Origin: Candidatus Eiseniibacteriota bacterium
GTDB lineage: Bacteria > Eisenbacteria > RBG-16-71-46
DNA length: 64,000 bases
Direction: 5' to 3'
Assembly: GCA_041483195.1 (NCBI GenBank)
Contig: JBGPFC010000005.1
Span: 6,679 to 70,678 of the forward strand
Under the pieces are notes generated by a model. The model did not search any database and had not been told where the DNA came from. It was given only the letters and a program-made list of their open reading frames with translations. Shown one piece after another: positions 45,374 through 55,364 of this stretch. Both the position numbers and the translations under genes were made by a program. Each line of letters opens with the position of its first letter. Position 1 is the stretch's first letter.

Positions 45374-45981
45374 GGGCTGCGCACGATTCGCAGGAGGTCG
45401 CCGTGGCGAAGCTGATCCGCCGCATACTCGACGCGCCGCCGCGCGCACGCTCGCGTGAGGCGGCGCGCTTCGTGTGGCAGCTCGACGACCAGAGCCGCCG
45501 CCTGCTGCTCGACGTGCGGGGCGCATCGCCCGAGGAGCTGGAGTGGCAGCCCGCGCCCGGCATGAACACGATCGGCATGCTGCTGCTCCACATCGCGCTC
45601 ACCGAGATCGCGTGGGTGCGGATCGGGTTGTGCGGCGCGACCGAATACCACGCGCACGGCGTGATCCGCGCGCCGTTCGACCAGAGCGGCGTTCCGCTTC
45701 CGCCGGATGGACGTCTGCCCGCGCAGCTCGCGGGGAAGAACCTCGGCTTCTTCCGGCGAAAGCTCGCCGTCGCCCGCGCGCACACCAGGCGCGTGGTCGC
45801 GCCGCTTCGCGACCGCGATCTCGGCGCGCGCTTCCGGGTGCCGGCGTTCTGGTCCCGCGAAACCCGCTTCGAGGGAAACGCGCGCTGGATGCTGTATCAC
45901 GTGCTCGAGCACGAAGCCGGGCACTACGGCCAGATCAACCTCCTGCGTCATCTGTACGCGGCGTCGCGTCGCGGACGCTGA
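45370..45981 (+). CDS. DinB/DUF664-like metal-binding protein
   Basis: Its GTG overlaps the folD stop as GTGA. HIALTEIAW...HVLEHEAGHYGQINLL matches the DinB_2 His pattern. The exact start is uncertain. Confidence 0.6.
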   Translation: MRAAHDSQEVAVAKLIRRILDAPPRARSREAARFVWQLDDQSRRLLLDVRGASPEELEWQPAPGMNTIGMLLLHIALTEIAWVRIGLCGATEYHAHGVIRAPFDQSGVPLPPDGRLPAQLAGKNLGFFRRKLAVARAHTRRVVAPLRDRDLGARFRVPAFWSRETRFEGNARWMLYHVLEHEAGHYGQINLLRHLYAASRRGR

Positions 45982-45985
45982 ACCC

Positions 45986-47353
45986 ATGTCGCTCGCCCCG
46001 GCTCCGGAGACCATTCTCAGCGTCGCGGCGCTGACGCGCCTCATCAAGGACACGCTGGCCGGCGCGTTCCCCGCGGTATGGGTGAAGGGCGAGCTCTCGG
46101 GGTTCAAGCGTTCCGATCGCGGGCATCTCTACTTCGCGCTCAAGGACGGCAAGGACGCCGTGCTCGATTGCGTGATGTGGAGCCGGACCGCTGCGCGTCT
46201 CGGGTTCGAGCCGCGCGACGGCGACGCGATCGAGGCGTTCGGCGCCGTGACCGTCTACGAGCCGCGCGGACGCTACCAGCTGGTGGTCGACGAGATGCGC
46301 GCGAGCGGGCTGGGCGCGCTGCTGGTCGCGCTCGAGGAGCTCAAGCAGAAGCTCGCGGCCGAGGGGCTCTTCGAAGCCGCGCGCAAGAAGCCGCTGCCGC
46401 GTTACCCCGCCCGGATCGGGATCGTCACCTCGCCGGTCGGAGCGGCGGTGCGCGACCTGGTGAAGGTCCTGCGCGCGCGCTGGCCATCGATCGCGATCGT
46501 GCTCGCCCCGGTGCGGGTGCAGGGGGAGGGCGCGGCGGAAGAGATCGCGGCGGCCATCGAGCGCTTCAACCGTTACGCGAGGGTGGACCTGCTGGTGGTG
46601 GGCCGCGGCGGCGGCTCCCTCGAGGATCTGTGGGCGTTCAACGAGGAGCGCGTGGTGCGCGCGGTCGCGGCCTCCGCGATCCCGGTGATCGCGGCGGTGG
46701 GGCACGAGGTGGACTGGACGCTCACCGATCTCGCCGCCGACCTCCGCGCCGCGACGCCATCGAACGCTGGCGAGATCGCCGTGCGCGATCGCGCCGACGT
46801 GATCCACCGGGTGGAGGCGCTCGCCGCGCGCTCCGGGCGCGCGATGCGCCAGGGCCTCGCCGATCGGCGCGCGCGCCTCAGGCGGCTCGTCGATCAGTAC
46901 GGATTCCGCCGCCAGCGCGACGCGCTCGGGTTCCTGCAGCAGCGGATCGACCACGCGCTCGAGCGCATCGGCCCCGCGATCCGCGCACGGCTGCGCGCCG
47001 CCGCCGAGTGGCTCCGGCGCGTGAAGCAGAGCTACGGCCTGCGCGAGTGGCCCCGCACGCTCTCCGAGCGGCGGGCGCGCATCGGCGAGCGGCGCTCGGC
47101 GCTCACCGCGCGCCTGGTGGCCGCCATGCATGGGCGCCGCACCCTGCTCGCCGGGTACCGGGACCGGCTCCGCGCGCTCTCGCCCCGGCTGGTTCTCGAA
47201 CGGGGCTTTTGCATCGCGCGGGCCGCGGACGGTACCCTGCTGCGCGCGGCCGAGGCGCTCGCGGTCGGCGAGCGCGTGTCGCTGGAGTTCGCGCGCGGGG
47301 AAGCGGACGCGCGCATCGAGGCGATCCGTCCGGGAGGAACACATGGCAGCTGA
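45986..47353 (+). CDS. xseA: exodeoxyribonuclease VII large subunit
   Basis: LSVAALTRLIKDTLAGAFPAVWVKGELS...YFALKD (OB fold), then GIVTSPVGAAVRDL and GRGGGSLEDLWAFN. Confidence 0.9.
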   Translation: MSLAPAPETILSVAALTRLIKDTLAGAFPAVWVKGELSGFKRSDRGHLYFALKDGKDAVLDCVMWSRTAARLGFEPRDGDAIEAFGAVTVYEPRGRYQLVVDEMRASGLGALLVALEELKQKLAAEGLFEAARKKPLPRYPARIGIVTSPVGAAVRDLVKVLRARWPSIAIVLAPVRVQGEGAAEEIAAAIERFNRYARVDLLVVGRGGGSLEDLWAFNEERVVRAVAASAIPVIAAVGHEVDWTLTDLAADLRAATPSNAGEIAVRDRADVIHRVEALAARSGRAMRQGLADRRARLRRLVDQYGFRRQRDALGFLQQRIDHALERIGPAIRARLRAAAEWLRRVKQSYGLREWPRTLSERRARIGERRSALTARLVAAMHGRRTLLAGYRDRLRALSPRLVLERGFCIARAADGTLLRAAEALAVGERVSLEFARGEADARIEAIRPGGTHGS

Positions 47354-47654
47354 GAACGAGGCCGCGCAGGCCGGCGAGGCGGGAAGCGTCGAGGGGCTCA
47401 CCTTCGAGGAGGCGATGGACCGTCTCGAGAGCATCGTCGAGGAGCTGGAGGGCGGCGCGCTGACGCTCGAGCAATCGATCGCGCGATACGAGATGGGCGT
47501 CAAGCTCTCGCAGCGTCTCACCCAGACCCTGGATCAGGCGGAGAAGAAGATCGAGAAGCTGGTCGAGGGCGATGACGAAGCGCCGGCCACCCAACCGATG
47601 GAGCTCGAGCTCAAGCATCCGGAGCCCGGGTCCGAGGGCGAGCTTCCGTTTTGA
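47342..47654 (+). CDS. xseB: exodeoxyribonuclease VII small subunit
   Basis: GGAGG ribosome-binding site. LTFEEAMDRLESIVEELEGGALTLEQSIARYEMGVKLSQ. It overlaps the xseA 3' end by 12 nt. Confidence 0.88.
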
Positions 47655-48628
47655 GACGCCCCGCCCGGAGCCGCGCGCTCCGCGCGGGTTCGCGGCGCGC
47701 GGCCCGCGCGGGCGCCAGCTCCCGGGGCGTGCCCCGCCCGCCCGCGACCCGCGATGCGCTCGACCGGCGGCGGCGCGCGTTCGAGCGCTACTTCGACCGG
47801 GCGATCCGCGCGCGCTGCGGCGCGCCCGGAACGCTCGGCCGCGCGATCCGCTACGCCGCGCTCTCGCCCGGAAAGCGCCTGCGCCCGCTGCTGGTGCTCG
47901 CGGCCTGCGAGGCGGTCGGGGGGAGATGGCGCAACGCGCTCCCGGCCGCGGCCGCCGTGGAATGCGTGCACGCGTTCTCGCTGGTCCACGACGACCTGCC
48001 CGCGATGGACGACGACGACTACCGGCGCGGGCGCCTGACGACCCACCGCAAGTTCGGAGAGGCGATCGGGATTCTGGCCGGCGACGCGCTGGCCGCGTTC
48101 GCTTTCGAGGAGCTGACCCGCCTCGATCGTGGCGGCGTCTCCGCGTCCCGCGTGGTCGCAGCTTCGCGCCTGCTCGCGCACGCGAGCGGGGGAGCGCAGC
48201 TGATCGGGGGCCAGGCGCTCGACATCGCCGGCGAGCGGCGGCCGGCGGGCCGGGCCGCGGTGCGCGCGATCCACGAGCGCAAGACCGGCGCGTTGTTCGG
48301 AGCCTCGCTGGCGCTGGGCGCGCTCGCCGGCGGCGCGCCGCCGCGCGAGGTGCGGGCGCTCGAGCGCGCCGGCCGCGCGCTCGGCCTCGCGTTCCAGATC
48401 CACGACGACCTGTTGAACGCGGGCTCGACGCTCGCGCGACTGGGGAAGCGGGCCGGCACCGACGCCGCCCGCGGCAAGGCGACCTATCCGCGGGCGGTCG
48501 GCGACGAGCGCGCGCGGCGCGACATGGCCCGGCTGCTCGGCCGCGTGCGCTCGCAGGTCGCGCGGCGCGGGGCGCGTGCCGCGCAGCTCACGCGGCTGAT
48601 CGAAGCAGTCGCGGCGCGCGAGCGCTGA
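47651..48628 (+). CDS. ispA: polyprenyl diphosphate synthase (geranyl/farnesyl diphosphate synthase)
   Basis: GKRLRPLLVLAACEAVGG, the FARM motif LVHDDLPAMDDDDYRRG and the SARM motif FQIHDDLLN. TTG start overlapping the xseB stop (TTGA); the start codon is uncertain. Confidence 0.85.
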   Translation: MRRPARSRALRAGSRRAARAGASSRGVPRPPATRDALDRRRRAFERYFDRAIRARCGAPGTLGRAIRYAALSPGKRLRPLLVLAACEAVGGRWRNALPAAAAVECVHAFSLVHDDLPAMDDDDYRRGRLTTHRKFGEAIGILAGDALAAFAFEELTRLDRGGVSASRVVAASRLLAHASGGAQLIGGQALDIAGERRPAGRAAVRAIHERKTGALFGASLALGALAGGAPPREVRALERAGRALGLAFQIHDDLLNAGSTLARLGKRAGTDAARGKATYPRAVGDERARRDMARLLGRVRSQVARRGARAAQLTRLIEAVAARER

Positions 48629-48701
48629 ACGCGGAGCGCGCCGCACCCGCGGCGCGCCCCACCACGCACGCCGCGACCCGCGCCGCGGCGCGCGGCCATC
48701 G

Positions 48702-49208
48702 TCACCCGATCTGCAGCTCGGCCTCGATCGCCGTGCGCGCGGCGTCCGTCCCCGCCCGCGGGGCGGTGATCGCCTGGAGCGTGTCGAGCACATCCTTCGC
48801 GAGCAAGCCGCGCTGCGACCGCCCCGGCACATCGGAGGGGACCCGCACCAGGTCGTTGATCGAAAGCATGCCCTGGAGCGACCCGGCACGATCCACCACC
48901 GGCAGGCGCCGCACGCGCCGGGACTTCATGATCTCCAGCGCCGCGTGCACGTCCTGCTGCGGATGCACCGTGTGGAGCGCCTCCGAGACGACGTCGCCCA
49001 CCATGATCTCCTCCGCGCGACGATGGCGCGTCGCCACCGCCATGCAGATGTCGCGGTCGGTGATCACCCCGACCACCTTGCCGCCCGCCGCTTCCGTCAC
49101 CGGCACCGCCCCGCAGTCGTTTCGCCACATGATCATGGCGGCGGCCGCGAGATCGGTGTCGCGCGAGCAGGACTCTGCGCGTTTCCTCATGACCTCTTCG
49201 ACCTTCAT
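48702..49208 (-). CDS. CBS-pair domain protein
   Basis: Two CBS motifs (VVGVITDRDI..., RLPVVDRAGSLQGMLSINDLV). Confidence 0.8.
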   Translation of the reverse strand: MKVEEVMRKRAESCSRDTDLAAAAMIMWRNDCGAVPVTEAAGGKVVGVITDRDICMAVATRHRRAEEIMVGDVVSEALHTVHPQQDVHAALEIMKSRRVRRLPVVDRAGSLQGMLSINDLVRVPSDVPGRSQRGLLAKDVLDTLQAITAPRAGTDAARTAIEAELQIG

Positions 49209-49248
49209 ACCCGTCCTCCTGATTGTCGCGCGGTTCGCGCAATGGACC

Positions 49249-50208
49249 TCATGTCCATTGCGTTGCCCGCGCCACCGGCCGCGCGTACGCCCCGCCCGGG
49301 GCGTGCGCGCGGCCCCGAGGCATCGCGAGCTGGCCGCGGTGCGCGAGCCACTGGTCCATGCGCTCCGGCGTGCCGAGATCGATCCAGCCGCAGGGGGGAA
49401 GCATCGCGAGCCGCAGGTGCGCCGTCACGCGCTCGAGCAGGTCGCGGCCGAACTCGACGCGCGGCAGACCGGGATAGGCCCGCCGCGCCGCGCGCGCCGG
49501 AAGCCGGCCCTCGTCGATCGCCGCCAGGTACGCGTGGAAAAGCTCGGGCACCGCGCGCTGGTACGCGTGCACCAGAGCCCATCCGTTCGCCGCGAGCACG
49601 AAGGTGTTCCACACGCCGCCGATGCCCATGAGGCGCCGGGCTTCCGAGGCGTTCGGCTTCTCCACGAAGCTCGCGACCGGAACCGGCTCACCGCCGCGAT
49701 CTCGCCCCGGCACGATCCAACCGTACTCGGTGTCGGCCGCCGCAGGCGGTGCGCCCAGCACCACGATGTGATCCGGCCACGCGTCCGTGGCATGGACCAT
49801 CCCCGCCGCCGCATCCGCCAGCACGCTCTCGTCGTCGGCTTCGTGATCGGAGGGAAACACGACGATCGTCGCCGCGGGGCAGTCCCGCAGAATGTGGATC
49901 ACGGCATGCAGGAGCGCGACGGCGGTGCCGCGGTTCACGGGCTGGGACAGAACGTTCTCGGGAAGCAGCGCCGAGAGCTGCGGCTGCCACCACCGGCGCT
50001 GCGCGTCGACCACGACCGCGACCACGTGGCTCGGGCGCGCGAGGCGCGACGCGCGCTCGAGGGCGGCGTCCAGCGGGGTTCGACGATCGTCGACGCGCCA
50101 GAACTGCTTCGGAACCGCCCGCCCGAGCGCGTCGAGCGTGAGATGCGCGATGCGCCGTCCCTCGCCGCCCGCGAGCACGACGGCCCACACGTTTCCACGC
50201 TGCGACAT
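49249..50208 (-). CDS. sugar-phosphate nucleotidyltransferase (mannose-1-phosphate guanylyltransferase-like)
   Basis: WAVVLAGGEGRRI...PKQF matches the N-terminal NTP_transferase signature. Confidence 0.7.
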   Translation of the reverse strand: MSQRGNVWAVVLAGGEGRRIAHLTLDALGRAVPKQFWRVDDRRTPLDAALERASRLARPSHVVAVVVDAQRRWWQPQLSALLPENVLSQPVNRGTAVALLHAVIHILRDCPAATIVVFPSDHEADDESVLADAAAGMVHATDAWPDHIVVLGAPPAAADTEYGWIVPGRDRGGEPVPVASFVEKPNASEARRLMGIGGVWNTFVLAANGWALVHAYQRAVPELFHAYLAAIDEGRLPARAARRAYPGLPRVEFGRDLLERVTAHLRLAMLPPCGWIDLGTPERMDQWLAHRGQLAMPRGRAHAPGGAYARPVARATQWT

Positions 50209-50438
50209 CGATCACCTCGGCGATCGGCCCGGCCCTGACCACACCGCTAGCACGTCGCGCATGAAACGGGAAGCACCGAATGGAATGCATCGGGCATGCC
50301 TTGACGGTCTCCTGTCGCGGGAGGGACACCATGGTGCGGGCCGGTCGGAGCACCGGCGCCGCGACCGTTGGAGGAACCGTCCCGCCGCCAGTTGCCCAAA
50401 GCTCGCGAGATGCTTATCGTGTCGCCCCCAGCACGTCC

Positions 50439-50900
50439 ATGGGACGGACGAACCTCATTTCGGAGGCCGCGATCACGGAATCGTTCTGGCTCGCCCTCAG
50501 CGTCGGTTTCCTGGTCCAGGGCTACAAGGGATTTCGCGACTTCTTCGCGACCCGCCGCCTGAATCTGCGCCGCTTCGTGCAGACCGGCGGGATGCCCAGC
50601 TCGCACGCGGCCTCGGTGTCCGCGCTGACGACCATGGTCGGCCTGCGCGAGGGTTTCCGCTGCACGCTGTTCGGGGCGACGCTGTTTTTCAGCCTGATCG
50701 TCATGTATGATGCCGCCGGTTTGCGCCGCGCGGCGGGACGGCAGGCGGCCGTGCTGAACCGCCTGATCGACCAGCACTTCAAGCATTCGGAAGCCGAGAC
50801 CCAGCGCCTGATGGAGTTGCTCGGCCACACTCCCTTCGAGGTCCTCGTCGGCGCGCTGCTCGGCGTGGCCAGCGCCCTGCTCTGGGACCGGGTCCACTGA
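50439..50900 (+). CDS. divergent PAP2-family membrane protein (YuiD-like)
   Basis: TGGMPSSHAASVSALTTMVGL...VMYDAAGLRRAAGRQAAVLN aligns with B. subtilis YuiD. It overlaps the dxs start (TGATG). Confidence 0.75.
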   Translation: MGRTNLISEAAITESFWLALSVGFLVQGYKGFRDFFATRRLNLRRFVQTGGMPSSHAASVSALTTMVGLREGFRCTLFGATLFFSLIVMYDAAGLRRAAGRQAAVLNRLIDQHFKHSEAETQRLMELLGHTPFEVLVGALLGVASALLWDRVH

Positions 50901-52792
50901 TGAGTCTGCTCGAACGCATCCATTCCCCGGCCGATCTCAAGACGCTCACGCGTCCCGAGCTCGACCAGCTCGCGACCGAGATCCGGCACACCATCATTCA
51001 GACCGTGGCGCGCCGCGCGGGGCATCTCGCGCCCAACCTGGGCGTGGTCGAGCTGTCGATCGCGCTCCATCGCGTGTTCGATTCGCCTCGCGACAAGATC
51101 ATCTGGGACGTTGGGCACCAGTCCTATCCCCACAAGCTGCTGACCGGGCGTTTCGAACGGTTCGACTCGCTGCGCAGCCTCGGCGGCCTCGCCGGCTACC
51201 CGAGCCGGAGCGAGAGCGAACACGATCCGTTCGGCACCTGCCACGGAAGCACTTCGCTCTCCGCGGCGCTCGGCTTCGCGGTCGCGCGCGATCTGCGCGG
51301 CGAGAAGAACCACGTGATCGCCGTGATCGGGGACGGCGCGCTCACCGGAGGCATGGCCTACGAGGGACTCAACAACATCGGAGAGCTCGGCAGGCGCGTG
51401 ATCGTGATTCTCAACGACAACGAGTGGAGCATCTCGCCCAACGTCGGAGCGATCTCGCGCTACCTCACCAAGCTCACCACCAGCCGCGTGTACCGCGCGT
51501 TCGAGCGCGATGTCTACGAGCTGATCGGCAAGCTGCCGCGGCTCGGCAAGAAGGCGCAGGAGGCCGCGCGGCGCGTGAAGGAGGGGCTCCAGAACCTGGT
51601 GGTCCCGGGCGTGCTCTTCGAGGAGATGGGCCTCAAGTACTTCGGGCCGATCGACGGCCACAACCTCGACGTGCTGGAGGAGACGCTCTCCGATCTCCGG
51701 CGCTTCGAGGGGCCGGTGCTGCTGCACGTCGTGACCACCAAGGGCAAGGGCTACCAGCCGGCCGAGCGCGACGCCGGCACCTTCCACGGCGTGGGGGTGT
51801 TCGATCCCGAGACCGGCACAGCCTCGAAGAGCACCAGGAAGACCTACACCCACGTGTTCGGAGAGACCGCGCTCGAGATCGCGGAGAAGGTTCCGAACGT
51901 GGTCGCGGTCACCGCCGCCATGACCGACAACACCGGGCTCAAGCCGTTCGCGAAGCAGTTCCCGGATCGCTTCTTCGACGCGGGCATGGCCGAGGAGCAC
52001 GCGGTCACGTTCTCGGCCGGACTCGCGGCGGGCGGGCTCATCCCGATCACGGCGATCTACTCGACCTTCCTCCAGCGCGGCTTCGACCAGATCATCCACG
52101 ACGTCGCTGTGCAGAACCTGCACGTGGTGCTGGCGGTGGATCGCGCGGGGCTGGTGGGCGAGGACGGCGCGCCGCAGCACGGGGCGTTCGACGTCGGATT
52201 CCTGCGGATGATCCCTGGCACCGTTGTCATGCAGCCGCGCAACGGGGAGGAGCTGCGCGACATGCTGTGGACCGCGGTCTCCCACCGCGGCGGACCGATC
52301 GCGGTGCGCTACCCGCGCGCGAACATCCCGGAGGACGCGATGCCGAAACGCGAGCCGCGCGTGCTCGCGCTCGGGGTGAGCGAGCAGCTGCGCGCCGGGG
52401 GCGACGTGGCGATCCTCGCGCTCGGGACCATGGTGGCTCCTGCGCTGGCCGCGGCTGAAACGCTGGCGGCGGCCGGGGTGTCGGCCACCGTGGTCAACGC
52501 GCGCTTCGTGGCGCCGCTCGACGAACGCGCCATCTCGGGCCTCGCGCGGTCGGTGGGGCGCATCATCACCGTCGAAGAGAACGTGCCGATGGGCGGATTC
52601 GGGAGCGCGGTGCACGAGTGCCTCGACCGTCACGGCCTCTCGGCGACGCCCATGCTGCGCATCGCGCTCCCCGAGACCTTCGTGACGCACGGCAAGCGCG
52701 ACGAGCTGCTCGCGCGCGTCGGGCTCGACGCGGCCGGCATCGCGACGCGCGCGCTCGACTGGATCAAGGTCACCCAGCGCCAGTACACATGA
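50900..52792 (+). CDS. dxs: 1-deoxy-D-xylulose-5-phosphate synthase
   Basis: MSLLERIHSPADLKTL, GHLAPNLGVVELSIALH and the TPP-binding GDGALTGGMAYEGLNN. Confidence 0.93.
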   Translation: MSLLERIHSPADLKTLTRPELDQLATEIRHTIIQTVARRAGHLAPNLGVVELSIALHRVFDSPRDKIIWDVGHQSYPHKLLTGRFERFDSLRSLGGLAGYPSRSESEHDPFGTCHGSTSLSAALGFAVARDLRGEKNHVIAVIGDGALTGGMAYEGLNNIGELGRRVIVILNDNEWSISPNVGAISRYLTKLTTSRVYRAFERDVYELIGKLPRLGKKAQEAARRVKEGLQNLVVPGVLFEEMGLKYFGPIDGHNLDVLEETLSDLRRFEGPVLLHVVTTKGKGYQPAERDAGTFHGVGVFDPETGTASKSTRKTYTHVFGETALEIAEKVPNVVAVTAAMTDNTGLKPFAKQFPDRFFDAGMAEEHAVTFSAGLAAGGLIPITAIYSTFLQRGFDQIIHDVAVQNLHVVLAVDRAGLVGEDGAPQHGAFDVGFLRMIPGTVVMQPRNGEELRDMLWTAVSHRGGPIAVRYPRANIPEDAMPKREPRVLALGVSEQLRAGGDVAILALGTMVAPALAAAETLAAAGVSATVVNARFVAPLDERAISGLARSVGRIITVEENVPMGGFGSAVHECLDRHGLSATPMLRIALPETFVTHGKRDELLARVGLDAAGIATRALDWIKVTQRQYT

Positions 52793-53667
52793 GTGGACGC
52801 CTGCGTCGCGTCGGGATCCTGGGCCACGCCGGCCGCCCCGGCGTGCGACGCGCGGCGGTTTCGCTGGTGCGGCGACTCGAGCGAAGGGGCCTCGTCGTGC
52901 GCCTCGACGCGCGACTCGCCGGCGAGACCGGGAAGGATGGCATGGCGCTCCGCCCGCTCGCCCGCTGGTGCCAGCTGCTCGTGACCCTGGGCGGAGACGG
53001 CACCGCGATCACCGGGGCGCGCGCGCTGGCGGGCAGCCCCGGGGTGCTGCTCCCGGTCAATCTCGGCGGGCTCGGTTTCCTGACGGTCGCCGAGAGCCGC
53101 GAGCTGGACATCGCGGTGCGTCACGCGCTCGACGGATCGTGGCCGATCGTGCGGCGCCGCCTGCTGAGCGCGCTGGTGCGGCGCAACGGCCGCACCGTGA
53201 AACGCGGGATCGCGATGAACGACGTGGTCGTCAAGGGCGCGGGCGGGTACTCCGCGATCCATCTGCGCATGGCGGCGATGGGCCACGACCTGGGTCATCT
53301 GGTCGCCGACGGACTGATCGCCGCGAGCGCGGCGGGCTCGACCGCCTACTCGCTCTCGGCCGGCGGCCCGGTGGTCGCGCCCGACGTGGAGGCGATGGTC
53401 GTGACCCCGGTGTGCGCGCATTCGCTCGGCAGCCGCTCGCTGGTGCTGGCTCCCGCCACCGAGCTCGCGCTGCGCGTGATTGGTTCGTTCGATCGCGTGC
53501 TGATGCTGCTCGACGGCCAGGAGAGCGTCGATCTCTCGCCCCGTGACGAGATCCGCGTGCGACTCGACCGCCTGGCGGTGCGGATGATCCAGAATCCCGA
53601 CCGCCCCTTCACGCGCTCGCTGCAGGCCAAGCTGGGCTGGCAGGGGAGCGCGAAGCGCAGCATGTAG
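52789..53667 (+). CDS. nadK: NAD(+) kinase
   Basis: Its ATG overlaps the dxs stop (ATGA). GGDGT motif (LVTLGGDGTAITGA) and NDVVV. Confidence 0.88.
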   Translation: MSGRLRRVGILGHAGRPGVRRAAVSLVRRLERRGLVVRLDARLAGETGKDGMALRPLARWCQLLVTLGGDGTAITGARALAGSPGVLLPVNLGGLGFLTVAESRELDIAVRHALDGSWPIVRRRLLSALVRRNGRTVKRGIAMNDVVVKGAGGYSAIHLRMAAMGHDLGHLVADGLIAASAAGSTAYSLSAGGPVVAPDVEAMVVTPVCAHSLGSRSLVLAPATELALRVIGSFDRVLMLLDGQESVDLSPRDEIRVRLDRLAVRMIQNPDRPFTRSLQAKLGWQGSAKRSM

Positions 53668-53669
53668 CC

Positions 53670-55364
53670 GTGCTCGAACGCCTGCGCATCCGCGATCTCG
53701 CGCTGCTCGACGAGGCCGAGGTCGGCTTCGGCCCCGGACTCAACGTGGTCACGGGCGAGACCGGCGCTGGCAAGTCGCTGCTCGTCCAGGCGGTGAGCCT
53801 GCTGGTCGGCGGACGCGCGGACGGAGAAGCGGTGCGCGATGGCGCGCCGGCGGCGGTGGTCGAAGGCGAGTTCCGGCTGTCAGGCGAACACGCGCGCCGC
53901 GCCGGCGCGCTGCTCGCGGAATGGGGCCTCGAGTTCGACGGGGAATCGCTGATCGTGCGCCGCGAGGTGCAGCCGGGCGGCCGGAGCCGGGCGACGGTCA
54001 ATCAGTCCGCGATCACGCAGAGCGCGCTCCGCCGTCTCGGCGAGATCCTGCTCGACATTCATGGACAGCACGAGCACCAGAGCCTGCTGCGCGAGGGCGC
54101 GGCGCTGATCACGCTCGATCGTCTAGCGTCGCTCGATCCGGAGCGGGCGCGATACGCGGAGGCGCTCGCGGCGTTCCGCGAGGCGCAGGGCGAGCACGAT
54201 CGGCTGGTCTCCTCGCTCGCGACCTACGCCGAGCGCCGCGACTATCTCTCCGCCGCTGCGCGCGAACTGGACGAGGCGCGGCTGCGGGAAGGGGAGGACG
54301 AGGAGCTGCGGCACGAGGCGGCCCGGCTCGCGCACGCGGACCGGCTGCGCGCGCTGGCGGCGCAGGCGCTCGAGCGCCTCTCCGAAGCCGACGGCGCGGC
54401 GGTGGAGTCGCTGGGGCAGGCGCAACGCGCGCTCGAGCAGGCGGCCGCGCTCGACTCCAGCCTCGAGCCGATGCTCGAGCCGTTGCGCGAGGCCGCGTTC
54501 GCGGCCGGCGAGACGGCACGCGCGCTGGCCGACTACGCCTCGCGGCTCGAAGCCGATCCGGCCGCGCTCGAATCGATCGAGGCGCGGCGCGATCTCTACG
54601 CGCGGCTCACGCGCAAGTACCGACGCGCGATCGGCGAGCTCATCCACTGGCGCGAAGAGCTCGCGCTCGAGCTCGCGTATGGGGAAGACGCGGAGGGCGC
54701 GCTGGAGCGGGCGCGCCACAAATGCGAAAGCGCCGAATCCGAGGCGCGCGCGCTCGCGAAGCTCCTCTCCGCCCGCCGCGAGCGGGCCGCCGCCGAATGG
54801 AGCGCGAGCCTCACGCGCGAGCTCAAGCCGCTCGGGTTCCAGCACGCGCGCATCGCCTTCGACGTGAAGCCGTCGGAGGACGGTGGCCTCACCGCGAACG
54901 GGCTCGACGAGGTGAGCCTGAGCTTCGGGGCGAACCCGGGCGAGCCGGCGCGAGCGCTCGAGCGCATCGTATCCGGGGGCGAGCTGTCGCGGGTCATGCT
55001 CGCCTTGAAGACAGCGCTGGAAACCCAAGACCGCGTTGACCTTCTGCTCTTCGATGAAGTAGATTCCGGCATCGGCGGTGCGGTGGCCCAGGCGGTCGGA
55101 GAGCGCCTCCGGCGGCTGTCCCGGCACCGCCAGATCATTTGCGTGACCCACCTTCCCATGATCGCCGCCCTCGCCACCCATCATCTCGGAGTCACCAAGC
55201 GCGCCCTCGCGGGCCGCACCGTCGCGCGCATCGCCGCGCTCGACCGGGGCGCCCGGGTGGAAGAGCTGGCCCGCATGCTCGCCGGAGACCGCGTCACCGA
55301 GACCACCCGCCGCCAGGCGCGTGAGCTGCTCGACGAGACTCCGCAGCGGTCCGCCGCGCGATGA
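53670..55364 (+). CDS. recN: DNA repair protein RecN
   Basis: GTG start. MLERLRIRDLALLDEAEVGFGPGLNVVTGETGAGKS (Walker A), long coiled-coils, and a C-terminal FDEVDSGIGG. Confidence 0.9.
   Translation: MLERLRIRDLALLDEAEVGFGPGLNVVTGETGAGKSLLVQAVSLLVGGRADGEAVRDGAPAAVVEGEFRLSGEHARRAGALLAEWGLEFDGESLIVRREVQPGGRSRATVNQSAITQSALRRLGEILLDIHGQHEHQSLLREGAALITLDRLASLDPERARYAEALAAFREAQGEHDRLVSSLATYAERRDYLSAAARELDEARLREGEDEELRHEAARLAHADRLRALAAQALERLSEADGAAVESLGQAQRALEQAAALDSSLEPMLEPLREAAFAAGETARALADYASRLEADPAALESIEARRDLYARLTRKYRRAIGELIHWREELALELAYGEDAEGALERARHKCESAESEARALAKLLSARRERAAAEWSASLTRELKPLGFQHARIAFDVKPSEDGGLTANGLDEVSLSFGANPGEPARALERIVSGGELSRVMLALKTALETQDRVDLLLFDEVDSGIGGAVAQAVGERLRRLSRHRQIICVTHLPMIAALATHHLGVTKRALAGRTVARIAALDRGARVEELARMLAGDRVTETTRRQARELLDETPQRSAAR

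Noticed and set aside
38629-45526. Long minus-strand ORFs (38629..41109, 41924..45526) opposite pheT, rny and ymdB-folD
   Set aside because: These are antisense to well-supported housekeeping genes, and their translations are low-complexity.
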